From a virus (lineage: Duplodnaviria > Caudoviricetes): DNA of 64,000 bases. The notes beneath the pieces are model-generated. The model saw only the letters and a program-made list of their open reading frames with translations. It ran no database searches and was not told where the DNA came from. Positions 39,560 through 50,630 of this stretch are shown here, piece after piece. The stretch lies in the IMG/VR virus record IMGVR_UViG_3300013121_000009, positions 54,426 to 118,425 of that record; one strand, 5' to 3'. Position numbers and translations under genes: made by a program. Position 1 is the first letter of the stretch. Every line of letters starts with the position of its first letter.

Positions 39560-42500
39560 TTAATCTTCTATTAAATACATTTTTTTGTTTCCTTCTATCT
39601 TAGTGTCAAGAACTTTTATAGTTCCTCCAAATTTTTTTTTCTCTATAGCTTTTTTACCTAAAGTTCCTGTGGCTACCCCTCCAATTATAGTTTTATAAAT
39701 ATTAGGATTAGTCATATCAAACATTCCATTATTATACATTAATGATTTTACATTAAACCTATTTGAATCTATTGCATATACTGATGCTGGATTTGTTTTT
39801 TGTTTACCCATTACATCTATTACATTATCTATTCTTGCTATAGGTTCTTTATTTGCATTCTTAACATATTGAGCATATACATCTGTTGAAAGATATTTTT
39901 TATTTGGATCATAATCAAGTAAATTATACTGTGACTGATTTGTTTCTAAATTTAGATTATGATTATCCGTAAATTGTCTTGTATTATTTGCTATATTTTC
40001 ATCATAATCAAGAAGTCTCCAGTTCCTATTGTTTGCATTTCCAACAACTGTATTTTTATTTTTAGGTATTCCAAATTGATAGATACCGTCATTCCAATCA
40101 TGAATTGACTCATCTGGTTTAAAATACCTGCCTTTAGATTTTGGTGCATATGTTTCTGCGGATAGCTTATCGCTAGTTAAGAATGTTGCATAATCATTTC
40201 TATCTCTATTAGCAAAATCATCTATATGTTGAGGAGCACCTCTATATGCAGGATTTTTATACATATCTTCTGATAGTTTTTTACTGCCTGCGTAATTTAT
40301 AGTATTTTTAGAGTTCATTTGAACAAATTGTTCTGGAGTACCATTGAATGCAGATCCGTCTGAATATTTCATCCATGTACCATTCTGTTTAGCATTCTTT
40401 TCTATTTGTAAATATTCATCCATTAGTGGTTTGTTGGATGGTATTTCTTTATTCCATTTACCCCAATCTATTTCTGATTTAAAATTCTGTGTTGTTTTAG
40501 GTGCTTCTATTTGTTTATATCCTTTTAGCCAATGCTCTTTATAAAAATTTACTTCATTAGAATTAATTGGTCTTGTAGAGGTAGCATATCCTTCTAAATT
40601 TGATGGAGCTACTAATTTTCTTTTTCCTTGAGAAGATGAAACCATAGGTACACCTTTGCTTTCTACTAAAAAAGGACCAGGGTATCCTTGTCCACTCATA
40701 CCTTTACTAATGCTATTATATCTACCATAATCCAAGGGAACTCCTTTAGAGTAAAACAGATCGTTGTTTGCTGCTTTTTTTAAGTTAATTCCACCATTAG
40801 GATTTCTACCAGGACCAGCAGTTTCATTAAATAATTTACCAGCATCTGATTGACCAAATCCTTGAAGATTACCACTTTCTTTATTTATTATATTTTCTAT
40901 ATTTGGAGATCTATGATAATAAGCCTCTGGATTAGGTTTAAACGCAAAAGGATTTAATTTATAAGCTTTTTGTAGTGCTTTAATTTCATTAGGATTTAAA
41001 TTTTTCAATCCCTTTAACCCAGCTCCTACTCCTAAGAGGTTTATAGGATCTAATGCTATATCAGCAACCATAGCTTTTACAGGATTTTTTTTACTATCTA
41101 TATTTAATGCTTTGGAAGGTTCTAATTCATTATTCTTACTTAAAGCATAAGTTGCAGCAGCTTGAGGTAATCCTAATATGGACATTAAAGGTGCAACAAA
41201 TAAAGAACCTTCAAGAGAACCTGAGTAATCATCACTTATTTTTTTTGAATATTTTTTAGTAAAATCTTTTACTGATTTAGGGCTTTGTGCTGTTATAGTT
41301 ACTTCAGGTAATTCTCCTCCATAATATTCATGTTCTATATTTCCTCCAAATTCTTTTTTATCAAGGCTATTCATACTTATTCCTACTCCTACAGGTGCTG
41401 CTACTCCAAACATTTTGTTTAAAGCCCTAGATAAACCTTCAGGAGAACTTATAAAATCAGCAAATTTCTTACTAATTGGAGTTTTTCCTTGAGCTATATC
41501 TTTTATAATTCCTTTTGCCATATCATCTGTTACAACAGTTTCGGGATTAAACCTGTAATGATTTCTAATCTGATTCAGTCTTGCATGGATTTCAGTAGGT
41601 TGTGAAAAATACTTTGCGTCTTTACTGATTACTTCATTTCTAATTATATCATCAAAACTTGAAGGTTTTACCATTTCAGATAAAATATCATCTTTATTAA
41701 CAACCTTTTTTAATAGGGATTTGTACTGTTTTGAAATTCCTATATTTCCATCTGTTAGTTTATGAGTACCTTCATGTACAGCAGTACTAGATGGACTCAC
41801 TGCATCAGAAAATACTAAAGCTTTTTTATCAGCTCCTGAATAAACCCCAGCATGAGAAACCCCTTTTCTTCTTAAAAACTCTCTTTCCAATTCATCAGCC
41901 AACTCAGAATATTGCTGAGTTCCATTAGTTATATCAAATACTGGATCGTTAAATTTATTATATTTTCCAGCCTCTTTTAAAAATGAGTTATTTTTTTCTA
42001 ACCTTTTTAAAATTTTAGGATGCTCATACCAATTTTTCATCCATTCGTTTCCTTTAGAAATTTCCAATGCAGACTGCTCTCTTTGGACCTCAGTCATATA
42101 AGGAATATCTATTACTTCGTCTTTAGATGGAGCTTTATTCATCCCATTATTACCTATTTCTGATTTAAAAGATGAGGTAGGATTGGAATTTTCTGTCACA
42201 TTAAAAATTTTTTGGTCTTCAAAAGGAATAACAAACTCTCTATCAGGCGCACGGCTTAATGTTTTATCATATTGTTGGTATTGACTTAGTTTAGATTTTG
42301 GTACTTTTAAATTAATAATTTCAGGGTTTGTAAATTCTCTGTCTTTTAAATACCAATTTAAATCATTTTTATCATTTGTAAACCATTGACCAAAGTATTT
42401 TTCTTCAGCAGCTTTTCTAGCTAATATTTCAGGTTTATTAAATACTTGAGGTATTTTACTTTCTGCTGCTAACTGTGCAAACGATTTAGCCCCTTTCTGT

Positions 42501-45007
42501 TGAATTCTATATAAATCTACTAAATCTTCTAGTGTTGTAGGTTTAGGAACTTCTTTATATCTTTTTAACCAATCTTTTTCTAATATTCTTCCTTTATTAA
42601 TTGGTATATTTTCATCAGAAATTTGACTCCAAGTTTTATTACCTTTCCCTTTATATCTTAATCTAAAACTTGTAGCATCTTTAGGAACCTCAGCAATAAA
42701 ACCTTTCCCATATTGACTAGCTGTTTCAAATTTTGGGGTATAATATGTACCATTAAATTGTTTTGACATATTAAATCCATTATACATACTTGGTTCAACA
42801 TTTTGTTTTGCTCTGAATACTCCACTTTCTAAGGCATCTTCCATTCCTTCTTTACCTATACCTCTATACATCATTTTAGGATTAGGTTTAAATGCCCAAG
42901 GATTTAATTTATAAGCATTTGGTAAATATTTATTACCTAAGTTATTTATTAAATCTCCAGTACCAGCTAAAGGATTCGCAATATTGTTAATAAATTCTCC
43001 TGTAGTATTAGCACTAACTCCTGCTAAAGCCCCAAACCCTAAGGGCATTGCTACACTTAAAGTAGCTTGACCATAATTTCCTTTTTCTAAATTTAATGGA
43101 ATTCTACCTAATCCTGAAGCCATATTTCCTATTCCTTGAGTAATATCTAATATGTTTGGTATATATTTTCCAACATAAGGTATATTTTGTAAAGCTATTT
43201 TATCCCCTATTGCTCCTGTTTCATTCGCCAAATCTTGAGATGATTGAATTCCAGTAGTTTTTCTTTTTTGATAAGCTTGTTCGGATAATTTTAATCTTTG
43301 ATTTTTATCTTCAACTTCTTTTGCTTTTATGTTCTTTACAGATGTTGGGCTTTTTTGTAATTGTTTAATTTCTTCTTTGGATAATTCTTTTTTTGGACTT
43401 AATTTAGTCTTTGTATTGTCAGATATAGAACCTTGAATAGGTACATAATAAGGATTTTTGAATGCTGGTTTTCCATCCTCTGCTATTATAAAACCTCCAT
43501 GACTATACTGAGATTCAAAACCACCTGGTCTTTTCTCTCCAATAGATGAGATTTTAAATTTCTTACCTTTTTGATTTTCTAGTATTTTAATAACTTCTTT
43601 ATTATTTTTTATTTCTTCAGGTTTTAACATCTTCTTTGTTTCTGGGTCATAGTAAATCCTATCATATACTTCAAAAGGTTTGCCTGCTCCAAAAAGTTCA
43701 GATACTTCTGTATTCTCATTAACATTATGACCTCTCATTTTCATATATGCAATAAGAGCCAGATTATTTGCTTTGTTTGATGAAGCTCCTTCTCCTCCTA
43801 TGAATGGATTTAAATCCCATTTATCATATATGCTCATATATTTTCCCAGAGAATCTTCTGATGAGTTTACTGTAAAATCACCTAAAGGATTATCTTGAAC
43901 CCATTTTGCTGTTTCAGGATTATCCCAGGGTACATTAGCTTTTTTTAGAGAGTCTAATTTCCAAGGAAATACATTAGTTTTCTCATTAAAAATAAACTTA
44001 TTTTCTGGTTTATCGCTATTATTTAAAGAATTTTGAAAATCGTTAATTTCTTTAAATTTAAGATAATCATTTAAAATCTGTTGCTTCATTGAATCAGACC
44101 AATAATTAGGTCTGAAATAAACTTGATTAGGATTTTTAGAATTTGTTGGTTTATAATCACTTACTCCAAAGCTGTTTTCCTTTTGTGGCATCCCAAGATA
44201 TAACCTGAATGCATCATCTCTTTTTGGAATCTGATAATAAATATTCTTATCAGAAACTTTTCCATTTTCTAAAACTTCTCCTTTTGCATACCAAAGTAAG
44301 TCATTTTTATCTCTCCCAGTATTTTTATTGTATTCTCTAAATCTTTTTAAATTACCAGAAAGATCACCATATCCTTGAGGGGTGATATTATTAAAAGCTC
44401 TTTCAGACTTATCTTTAACATAAGCTTTTCTCTGTTCTTCAGTAATTCCTTGAAGAAGCATCTCTTTCTTAGCTTTTACTAAATTTCCATCTTCAGATTC
44501 AATAAATCCTCCGTCTTGCATTAAAGATTTATGACTTCTTGAAAACATATTATGATTTTCATTAATCAAGTCTTCCCTTATTTGCTCCCAGTTCTTTCTT
44601 TCTATTATAGGTTTTTTTAAATCTGTATTCGGTATATATTCCCAGTCTAAAGTATTACTTTTCCATTCTCCACCTAAATACTTGGTTTCATCATTATAAT
44701 ATTTACTTTCTGAAGAAAATGTAGGATGATTAGGAAGCTTAAATTCATCTGTAAGATGATATTCCTGATCATCAGATAGTTTTTCCTTACCATATTTTTT
44801 AAAATATCCACTCAAATCATAATTACTATCATCTTGTAACCTTTGGGGAAGTTTTTCTTTCCACTTATCAAAACCTTTAATTTCCCTTTTATTTAAAGGT
44901 GTTCTTAAATTATCCCATGTTGTCTCTACATTTTCTCCATAAGTTGCCCCGTCATCTATGAGATAATGCTTTTTACCATCTATTATTTTCTCAGCTAGGA
45001 TTTTCAT
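39560..45007 (-). CDS. polyvalent multi-domain cargo/effector protein (zincin, ART-like modules)
   Basis: 1815 aa; HEGTH...EIHARL zincin; three YR..(Y/F/L)T..A/L..Y modules; internal repeated linkers. Confidence 0.65.
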   Translation of the reverse strand: MKILAEKIIDGKKHYLIDDGATYGENVETTWDNLRTPLNKREIKGFDKWKEKLPQRLQDDSNYDLSGYFKKYGKEKLSDDQEYHLTDEFKLPNHPTFSSESKYYNDETKYLGGEWKSNTLDWEYIPNTDLKKPIIERKNWEQIREDLINENHNMFSRSHKSLMQDGGFIESEDGNLVKAKKEMLLQGITEEQRKAYVKDKSERAFNNITPQGYGDLSGNLKRFREYNKNTGRDKNDLLWYAKGEVLENGKVSDKNIYYQIPKRDDAFRLYLGMPQKENSFGVSDYKPTNSKNPNQVYFRPNYWSDSMKQQILNDYLKFKEINDFQNSLNNSDKPENKFIFNEKTNVFPWKLDSLKKANVPWDNPETAKWVQDNPLGDFTVNSSEDSLGKYMSIYDKWDLNPFIGGEGASSNKANNLALIAYMKMRGHNVNENTEVSELFGAGKPFEVYDRIYYDPETKKMLKPEEIKNNKEVIKILENQKGKKFKISSIGEKRPGGFESQYSHGGFIIAEDGKPAFKNPYYVPIQGSISDNTKTKLSPKKELSKEEIKQLQKSPTSVKNIKAKEVEDKNQRLKLSEQAYQKRKTTGIQSSQDLANETGAIGDKIALQNIPYVGKYIPNILDITQGIGNMASGLGRIPLNLEKGNYGQATLSVAMPLGFGALAGVSANTTGEFINNIANPLAGTGDLINNLGNKYLPNAYKLNPWAFKPNPKMMYRGIGKEGMEDALESGVFRAKQNVEPSMYNGFNMSKQFNGTYYTPKFETASQYGKGFIAEVPKDATSFRLRYKGKGNKTWSQISDENIPINKGRILEKDWLKRYKEVPKPTTLEDLVDLYRIQQKGAKSFAQLAAESKIPQVFNKPEILARKAAEEKYFGQWFTNDKNDLNWYLKDREFTNPEIINLKVPKSKLSQYQQYDKTLSRAPDREFVIPFEDQKIFNVTENSNPTSSFKSEIGNNGMNKAPSKDEVIDIPYMTEVQREQSALEISKGNEWMKNWYEHPKILKRLEKNNSFLKEAGKYNKFNDPVFDITNGTQQYSELADELEREFLRRKGVSHAGVYSGADKKALVFSDAVSPSSTAVHEGTHKLTDGNIGISKQYKSLLKKVVNKDDILSEMVKPSSFDDIIRNEVISKDAKYFSQPTEIHARLNQIRNHYRFNPETVVTDDMAKGIIKDIAQGKTPISKKFADFISSPEGLSRALNKMFGVAAPVGVGISMNSLDKKEFGGNIEHEYYGGELPEVTITAQSPKSVKDFTKKYSKKISDDYSGSLEGSLFVAPLMSILGLPQAAATYALSKNNELEPSKALNIDSKKNPVKAMVADIALDPINLLGVGAGLKGLKNLNPNEIKALQKAYKLNPFAFKPNPEAYYHRSPNIENIINKESGNLQGFGQSDAGKLFNETAGPGRNPNGGINLKKAANNDLFYSKGVPLDYGRYNSISKGMSGQGYPGPFLVESKGVPMVSSSQGKRKLVAPSNLEGYATSTRPINSNEVNFYKEHWLKGYKQIEAPKTTQNFKSEIDWGKWNKEIPSNKPLMDEYLQIEKNAKQNGTWMKYSDGSAFNGTPEQFVQMNSKNTINYAGSKKLSEDMYKNPAYRGAPQHIDDFANRDRNDYATFLTSDKLSAETYAPKSKGRYFKPDESIHDWNDGIYQFGIPKNKNTVVGNANNRNWRLLDYDENIANNTRQFTDNHNLNLETNQSQYNLLDYDPNKKYLSTDVYAQYVKNANKEPIARIDNVIDVMGKQKTNPASVYAIDSNRFNVKSLMYNNGMFDMTNPNIYKTIIGGVATGTLGKKAIEKKKFGGTIKVLDTKIEGNKKMYLIED

Positions 45008-48000
45008 TATCTAGATGATTTAAGAGTTTTATTAAATATCAATTTAAGTATATATTTATAGTCAGATGTCTGATCTTGAATAAAGGTGACATCACAGAAT
45101 TCGCCTCTGAACTTCTGGTTGCCAAGTCTCATGTCCTTAACCTTTTGGTAATCTACGTTGTTAACAGTTCTATCCACTCCATTCTTAGAATTTAAGAATA
45201 TAGGAATTGAGTTATTCTTATCTCTGACTATATCAACAAATTGATTAATTCTAAATTTATGACCTTCAACTCTAGAGCAAAGAACATCTATAGAATCTAT
45301 ATTTACTATAGGGTACTTTAAAGATTCATAAGGTTTTGAGTTATCTTTCATTACTATATTTAGAATTCCAGAAGATTGATTATCTGAAGATATTATTAAT
45401 TTACTAAAGTTTATCTTATGATCTTCAACTATGTCTTGATAGTTTCCATTAAGATATTTTTGAACTTTAAGTACATATTCAACTGTATGAAATATAGAAT
45501 TTTCTTGTTCAGAAGCTGTAGTTATTCTAACTTCGAAGGGTTCAAATCTATTAAAATACTCTTGAAAATTATTCTTACTCCAGTGTGAATAGAAGTAATT
45601 ATTATAAATTTCTCCAGAATAAAACTTGTTAATTCCTTCCATATAATAATTAGGTTGGAATGAATGAAATGATATCCATGACTTATATATTGGAGAATAA
45701 GAAGCAGTCCAACCTACATTTTCCCAAATATTTTCATCATTAAAGTTAACAACTTTTCCCTTGTAAAGTAATGTTCCAAATTCATCAAAAGTTAAATTTT
45801 TTAACTCATTATCATTTTTTAAAATATAGTCCTTTTTGGTTAAGAACCAGAGATTAAATCTATTATCAAATATAGAACAGAAACCTACTCCTAAAAAAGG
45901 ATTATCTTTATTAAACTTTTCGATATTAATTTTCCCTGAAAGTTTTTTTAGAATCTCATCAAATTTTAATGGTATATTTTCATAGAACCAATTAAACATT
46001 CCTGCATTAGATATTTCATCTAGTTGTCCAGAAAATTGAAATATTTTATTTCTTTCATTATCTATAAAGAAAGAACCAAATTGAGATGTATTAAAAGCCC
46101 ACTTAGCTTTAGAACCAGCATAACCTGTGTCTGTTTCTAAGAATGATTGTGGTCTTTGACTAAACATTCCACCAGTTCCTACTGTTACTGAGGTTCTATC
46201 TAACTGTAGAGTATCAAATGCATTAAATACCTGAGAACCATTCTCGTATCTTACAAGAACTTTTTGAGAATCAAGAGCTTCTATATCTGTTATTGAACCT
46301 AAATTTGAATCTGCATCATAATAATTATTTGCTGGATAAATTATCCAACTATCTGAAGTTTCTTCTTCAGAACTTTGTTTAGAATATATTATTCTTCTTG
46401 GATGTGAATTTTTACATTTTGTATTTGGGACGAAATCAGCAGCCTGGGTAAATAATGACTCTTCTATATTTTGCTTTGAATAATCAAAGTTATAATAATA
46501 AGTATTATCAAAGTTTATACTAACTTTAACTTCTTCCATCCAATCATAAAGATTTGTATCTTTAAGTTTTGGGAACCAGGTATCTTGAATATTTGCTTCA
46601 GAATACCTTAATTCTGTATTTATTGAACTTTCGGCAAAGAAGTTAACTATTCCTGTATTAAATAAGTATAAGAATCCATTGTTTGTTCCTCCTGTAAAGA
46701 TATTGCAATCTCCCATTCCACAATCTAGATGAGAAGAACCTCCATCTATTACGTATTGTTTTAATATTCCCCCTCTCTCATTACTCAAGGTATATATTGG
46801 AGAGATTACATTATGATATTTTTTATCTCTATAAGTCATTCCAACTGGAGACAATCCTATAAAATTAACTTTAAAAAATGAATGTTTCCTTTTTAGGGAA
46901 AATCTTGTAATAAATGTATCTCCTCCAAAAACTGGTTTTTTCTCAAAGACATTATGATATTTTCCAGTAAGTACATATTTTATTGACTCTAAACTTCCAT
47001 ACTGATTTGGAATTTTAGCTTTCAATGAGCCATAATATGAAGAGATATACTTATAATCTTCTGTACACTGTGAATCTACTTCAAATGAATCTTTACAATT
47101 CATTATTTTATTACTTACTTTAATTTTACATTCACATTTATCATTACTGCTTACTGTCCATCTTGATTCATCAATTATTGTTGGGTCAGAAATATCACAA
47201 TTTGTAATAATACCTACTGAAGATTCGCGAAATCTATTATTAATTACATTTGGGTCTGTTTGGAACTTATTATCTGAATTTGCTACTAGATAACTAGCAT
47301 CAACAAGTCTTCTTCTTAAATTACTATTAGTTACAGGAATAAAACTTGAATAATCTCCTACTGATTTAAAGGCACATGCATAATTTGAAGAACCACTAAT
47401 AATTGCAGGTTTTAATAAAGGGTGACCTTCTACCTTATCGAACCTTCCTAAAGATGTTCCAAATTCTAAAGAATGGAGATTTAATTCTTGTCCTAAGAAA
47501 GGTTGTTTAAAATGAGTATCTGGGCTATGAAAAGTAAATATTGACTTTTGATAAGAAGTAGCAGGAGTATAGTCAGAAGCAAAGCTATCACTTACACCTG
47601 TAAAGTTTCTAATATCTTCATCATCTGGTGGATAAAAATTAAATCTTGCTGCATAATGAACTCCAGTAGGATGCAGCCTTATTACTTTTTCATAAACTAT
47701 AGTAAAAGGTACAGTTGGAGTGAATGTAGCTAATCCATCAGGTAAGTTAATCTTAATATCTTCTGGAAAGGGATTATTAAATACATCACCTGCATTTGCT
47801 AATATATAATTACCATCATCTAATTTATATGTAGCAGTTCCATCTGCTGGAATATTTACAGTAGCTGTATCAGTACTTGAAGCATTTGAACTAGTAATAA
47901 AAGGATCTTCTCTTAAATCATTAAATGGATAATTTGGATAATATTTTTTTATAACTTCTCCTGTAGACGGATTCACATCTACATAATCTTTCATATTATA

Positions 48001-49776
48001 TAAAAGTCCTTTTGCAATTATTGATTTATTCCCAGTTCTATCTCCTCTAACTAATTCATAACCTGATATTAAATCTGCTTCTTCTTGAGAAATTAAACCA
48101 AAAGATATTGCTTGATTTATATACTGTAAAAGGTTATCTCCTTTTAACCTAACTCCCATAGGATATATGTACGTATTTGGATTTTCGTATCCTACTGATA
48201 CTCCTGATGCCGAATACGCAAATGCAGCATTATGATGATGTACTAAGTTATTACTAGGAAACTTGTGATGTCTAATTTTCTTTCCAGATAGTGAAGAATA
48301 TACTTCTTCATTACAAGGATAATTAATTGTTGATTCCCAATAAGCAAAATCTCCAGATTTAATTACTTCATCAGAACAAGCATCTATTAGAGTTTCATTT
48401 AATTCATAATCAATTGTTGCAGTGTCGTAAATTTGCCAGTGAAATAACTCTTCAGAATTATCATCTTGACAATAAGTTTTATCTTCGAATTCGTAAAAAT
48501 TACATTCCTGTCCATAAGGTATATTATCTTTTGTGTATTTAATTAAATCTCCTGGTTTAGCTTCTCTTCCTGGAATATGAAAAACAGAAGTCTTTCTTCC
48601 ATTAGATAATAAAAATTGAATACCAAATGGATAGACTTCCCCTCTCTGATATCCCAGATAATCAGTAGTATTTAATGGATTTTTATAGGAACTATCGAAA
48701 ACATCTGCTTTTTTTCTAGTAATTATCCATTCTAATTGTATTAAGCTTGCTAATGGCTGATAATTTGTTTCATCCTGAGTTGATAAATTACCTCTTATTA
48801 AAAAATTATTAGCACTAGTAATAGTTTTTGAATTATAATAATCAGGATATAATCCTAACAAAAGATCCGCTGATAAAAGCCTAGTCGTTTCTCTACCAGT
48901 ATAAATATAATTTTCTACTGATATTGGTAGAGTTGCCACTACTTCATAAGTAGGAGTACCTTGAATTGTCTTTATAACCGCTAGATTTATATAGTCATAT
49001 TTTGAATCAATATTTTCGAATGTAACTTGTATGGATTTGTTAGTTAATACATTACCTTCTGAACCTTCTACTGATTCGTAAGAACCAAACCTATCTACAA
49101 AAATTGGAACTATGTTAGTTTTACTGTAATATGAAGATTGTTCATCTCCATTAATATTAGCATAACATACAGCAAACTGATAAACTCCAGTTCTTAGGTT
49201 TCCAGTTTCATTTACATTAGTAATTTTAACTACTGGTGGAGTTAAATCATTTTGAATATTTATTGCTTCACAATCAAAAACATCAGTTGTAATAGGACAT
49301 TCTCCTTCTTCAACTATTTTTACATATGGAGGATCATCCATATTTATTCTTCTATCTCTATTATATCCATCCTGGAAACTAATTATTAATTGACATTTCC
49401 AGTATTTATATTTAGCTTTAATTGGATAATTGACTTTAAAATTGAAACAAGAATTAAATTTTGTTTCATATCTACATTCATCAGGATAGAAATAACCTAT
49501 CTCAGATTTATCAAAAATAGGATTAACTAAAAAAACAACGTGGAAATTACGCTCTTTAATATACTCTGAGCCAATTTCAATGTAACCTTCTGGAAATGTT
49601 CCACATCTCTCATTGGATGGCGCATTTTGCACGTAAGGTACATCTCCTTCAAATGAAGAGACTATACCATTTTTCATATGATGATATTCTCCATCTTTGA
49701 GAGATGTTTTATGAAGATCTTTTTTTAATCCAATAGTACTGGTAACTTTACCTTGTATTGACTGATTTTCTGACAT
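45007..49776 (-). CDS. tail stabilisation/muzzle protein
   Basis: 1589 aa beta-rich; GLKKDL start, GYQRGEVYPFGI, VFGGDTFI, WISFHSF; follows ring genes as in crAss-like phages. Confidence 0.8.
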   Translation of the reverse strand: MSENQSIQGKVTSTIGLKKDLHKTSLKDGEYHHMKNGIVSSFEGDVPYVQNAPSNERCGTFPEGYIEIGSEYIKERNFHVVFLVNPIFDKSEIGYFYPDECRYETKFNSCFNFKVNYPIKAKYKYWKCQLIISFQDGYNRDRRINMDDPPYVKIVEEGECPITTDVFDCEAINIQNDLTPPVVKITNVNETGNLRTGVYQFAVCYANINGDEQSSYYSKTNIVPIFVDRFGSYESVEGSEGNVLTNKSIQVTFENIDSKYDYINLAVIKTIQGTPTYEVVATLPISVENYIYTGRETTRLLSADLLLGLYPDYYNSKTITSANNFLIRGNLSTQDETNYQPLASLIQLEWIITRKKADVFDSSYKNPLNTTDYLGYQRGEVYPFGIQFLLSNGRKTSVFHIPGREAKPGDLIKYTKDNIPYGQECNFYEFEDKTYCQDDNSEELFHWQIYDTATIDYELNETLIDACSDEVIKSGDFAYWESTINYPCNEEVYSSLSGKKIRHHKFPSNNLVHHHNAAFAYSASGVSVGYENPNTYIYPMGVRLKGDNLLQYINQAISFGLISQEEADLISGYELVRGDRTGNKSIIAKGLLYNMKDYVDVNPSTGEVIKKYYPNYPFNDLREDPFITSSNASSTDTATVNIPADGTATYKLDDGNYILANAGDVFNNPFPEDIKINLPDGLATFTPTVPFTIVYEKVIRLHPTGVHYAARFNFYPPDDEDIRNFTGVSDSFASDYTPATSYQKSIFTFHSPDTHFKQPFLGQELNLHSLEFGTSLGRFDKVEGHPLLKPAIISGSSNYACAFKSVGDYSSFIPVTNSNLRRRLVDASYLVANSDNKFQTDPNVINNRFRESSVGIITNCDISDPTIIDESRWTVSSNDKCECKIKVSNKIMNCKDSFEVDSQCTEDYKYISSYYGSLKAKIPNQYGSLESIKYVLTGKYHNVFEKKPVFGGDTFITRFSLKRKHSFFKVNFIGLSPVGMTYRDKKYHNVISPIYTLSNERGGILKQYVIDGGSSHLDCGMGDCNIFTGGTNNGFLYLFNTGIVNFFAESSINTELRYSEANIQDTWFPKLKDTNLYDWMEEVKVSINFDNTYYYNFDYSKQNIEESLFTQAADFVPNTKCKNSHPRRIIYSKQSSEEETSDSWIIYPANNYYDADSNLGSITDIEALDSQKVLVRYENGSQVFNAFDTLQLDRTSVTVGTGGMFSQRPQSFLETDTGYAGSKAKWAFNTSQFGSFFIDNERNKIFQFSGQLDEISNAGMFNWFYENIPLKFDEILKKLSGKINIEKFNKDNPFLGVGFCSIFDNRFNLWFLTKKDYILKNDNELKNLTFDEFGTLLYKGKVVNFNDENIWENVGWTASYSPIYKSWISFHSFQPNYYMEGINKFYSGEIYNNYFYSHWSKNNFQEYFNRFEPFEVRITTASEQENSIFHTVEYVLKVQKYLNGNYQDIVEDHKINFSKLIISSDNQSSGILNIVMKDNSKPYESLKYPIVNIDSIDVLCSRVEGHKFRINQFVDIVRDKNNSIPIFLNSKNGVDRTVNNVDYQKVKDMRLGNQKFRGEFCDVTFIQDQTSDYKYILKLIFNKTLKSSR

Positions 49777-49782
49777 AAGTAA

Positions 49783-50628
49783 TTAATATAAGTAATGGTA
49801 TCTTTTTCTAAAATCTCTTTTCAGAGTATTATTTATAGACATTAATGTACTAAACTCAGGAGTTGTAGCCAATGTAATAGCTGCATTTTTTGCCTTAATA
49901 AAATCTTTTTCCACTAATTGTAAAGCCTGAGCTATCTCTAGTCTTTTATTTATATATAAGTCTGAAAGAATCCTATATTTAAGAGCCTGTTCATAATATT
50001 CTAAAATAATAGGATTATCCAAACATTGAGGGATATTATCTCTATTATTTAAGGAAGCTGTATAAAGAATATATAATTTACCTTCGTCTATACAGTCTGT
50101 CCATATCTGACCATTTCTTATTTCCATATAATATTTAGAATCTGAATATATGTTTAAACAGTCAGAGGCACAATACTTCCTTTCAGTTAATCTTATGATA
50201 TACGTTTCACAAAACTCCATAGATACATCTTCTAATTCACAAACTAATGTAGGTTTCTTTCCACATTTGAGTTTAAAACTACAACAAGGATTATCCACTA
50301 TAGATAATTCTTCTGCTGTAGGACATACTCCTGTAAGAGTTTCAGTTTTAATTTGTGGAAAATGATGTATAACTTTCTGTGTATCAACCACTAAGGCTAA
50401 GTCTAGTAATAAAAAATCATCGGGAAGAACTGCTGATCCACTCTCAATAGTTAACATAGCTTCCTTTGTTGGATTTATTTTAAAACCTAGAGTAGCATTA
50501 CAGTGATCTATTACTTTATAATATTCATCAATAATTACTAAATCAGAATCAAAATAACTCTTCAAGGAAGAAGAAACTCTATTAAATACTTCTGAAGCGT
50601 CTATATATTTTCTTAACGTGTATTTCAT
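49783..50628 (-). CDS. tail ring/adaptor protein
   Basis: AVLPDDF..G KLYILY..P pattern of tail tubular/adaptor proteins; directly before muzzle gene. Confidence 0.65.
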   Translation of the reverse strand: MKYTLRKYIDASEVFNRVSSSLKSYFDSDLVIIDEYYKVIDHCNATLGFKINPTKEAMLTIESGSAVLPDDFLLLDLALVVDTQKVIHHFPQIKTETLTGVCPTAEELSIVDNPCCSFKLKCGKKPTLVCELEDVSMEFCETYIIRLTERKYCASDCLNIYSDSKYYMEIRNGQIWTDCIDEGKLYILYTASLNNRDNIPQCLDNPIILEYYEQALKYRILSDLYINKRLEIAQALQLVEKDFIKAKNAAITLATTPEFSTLMSINNTLKRDFRKRYHYLY

Positions 50629-50630
50629 AT

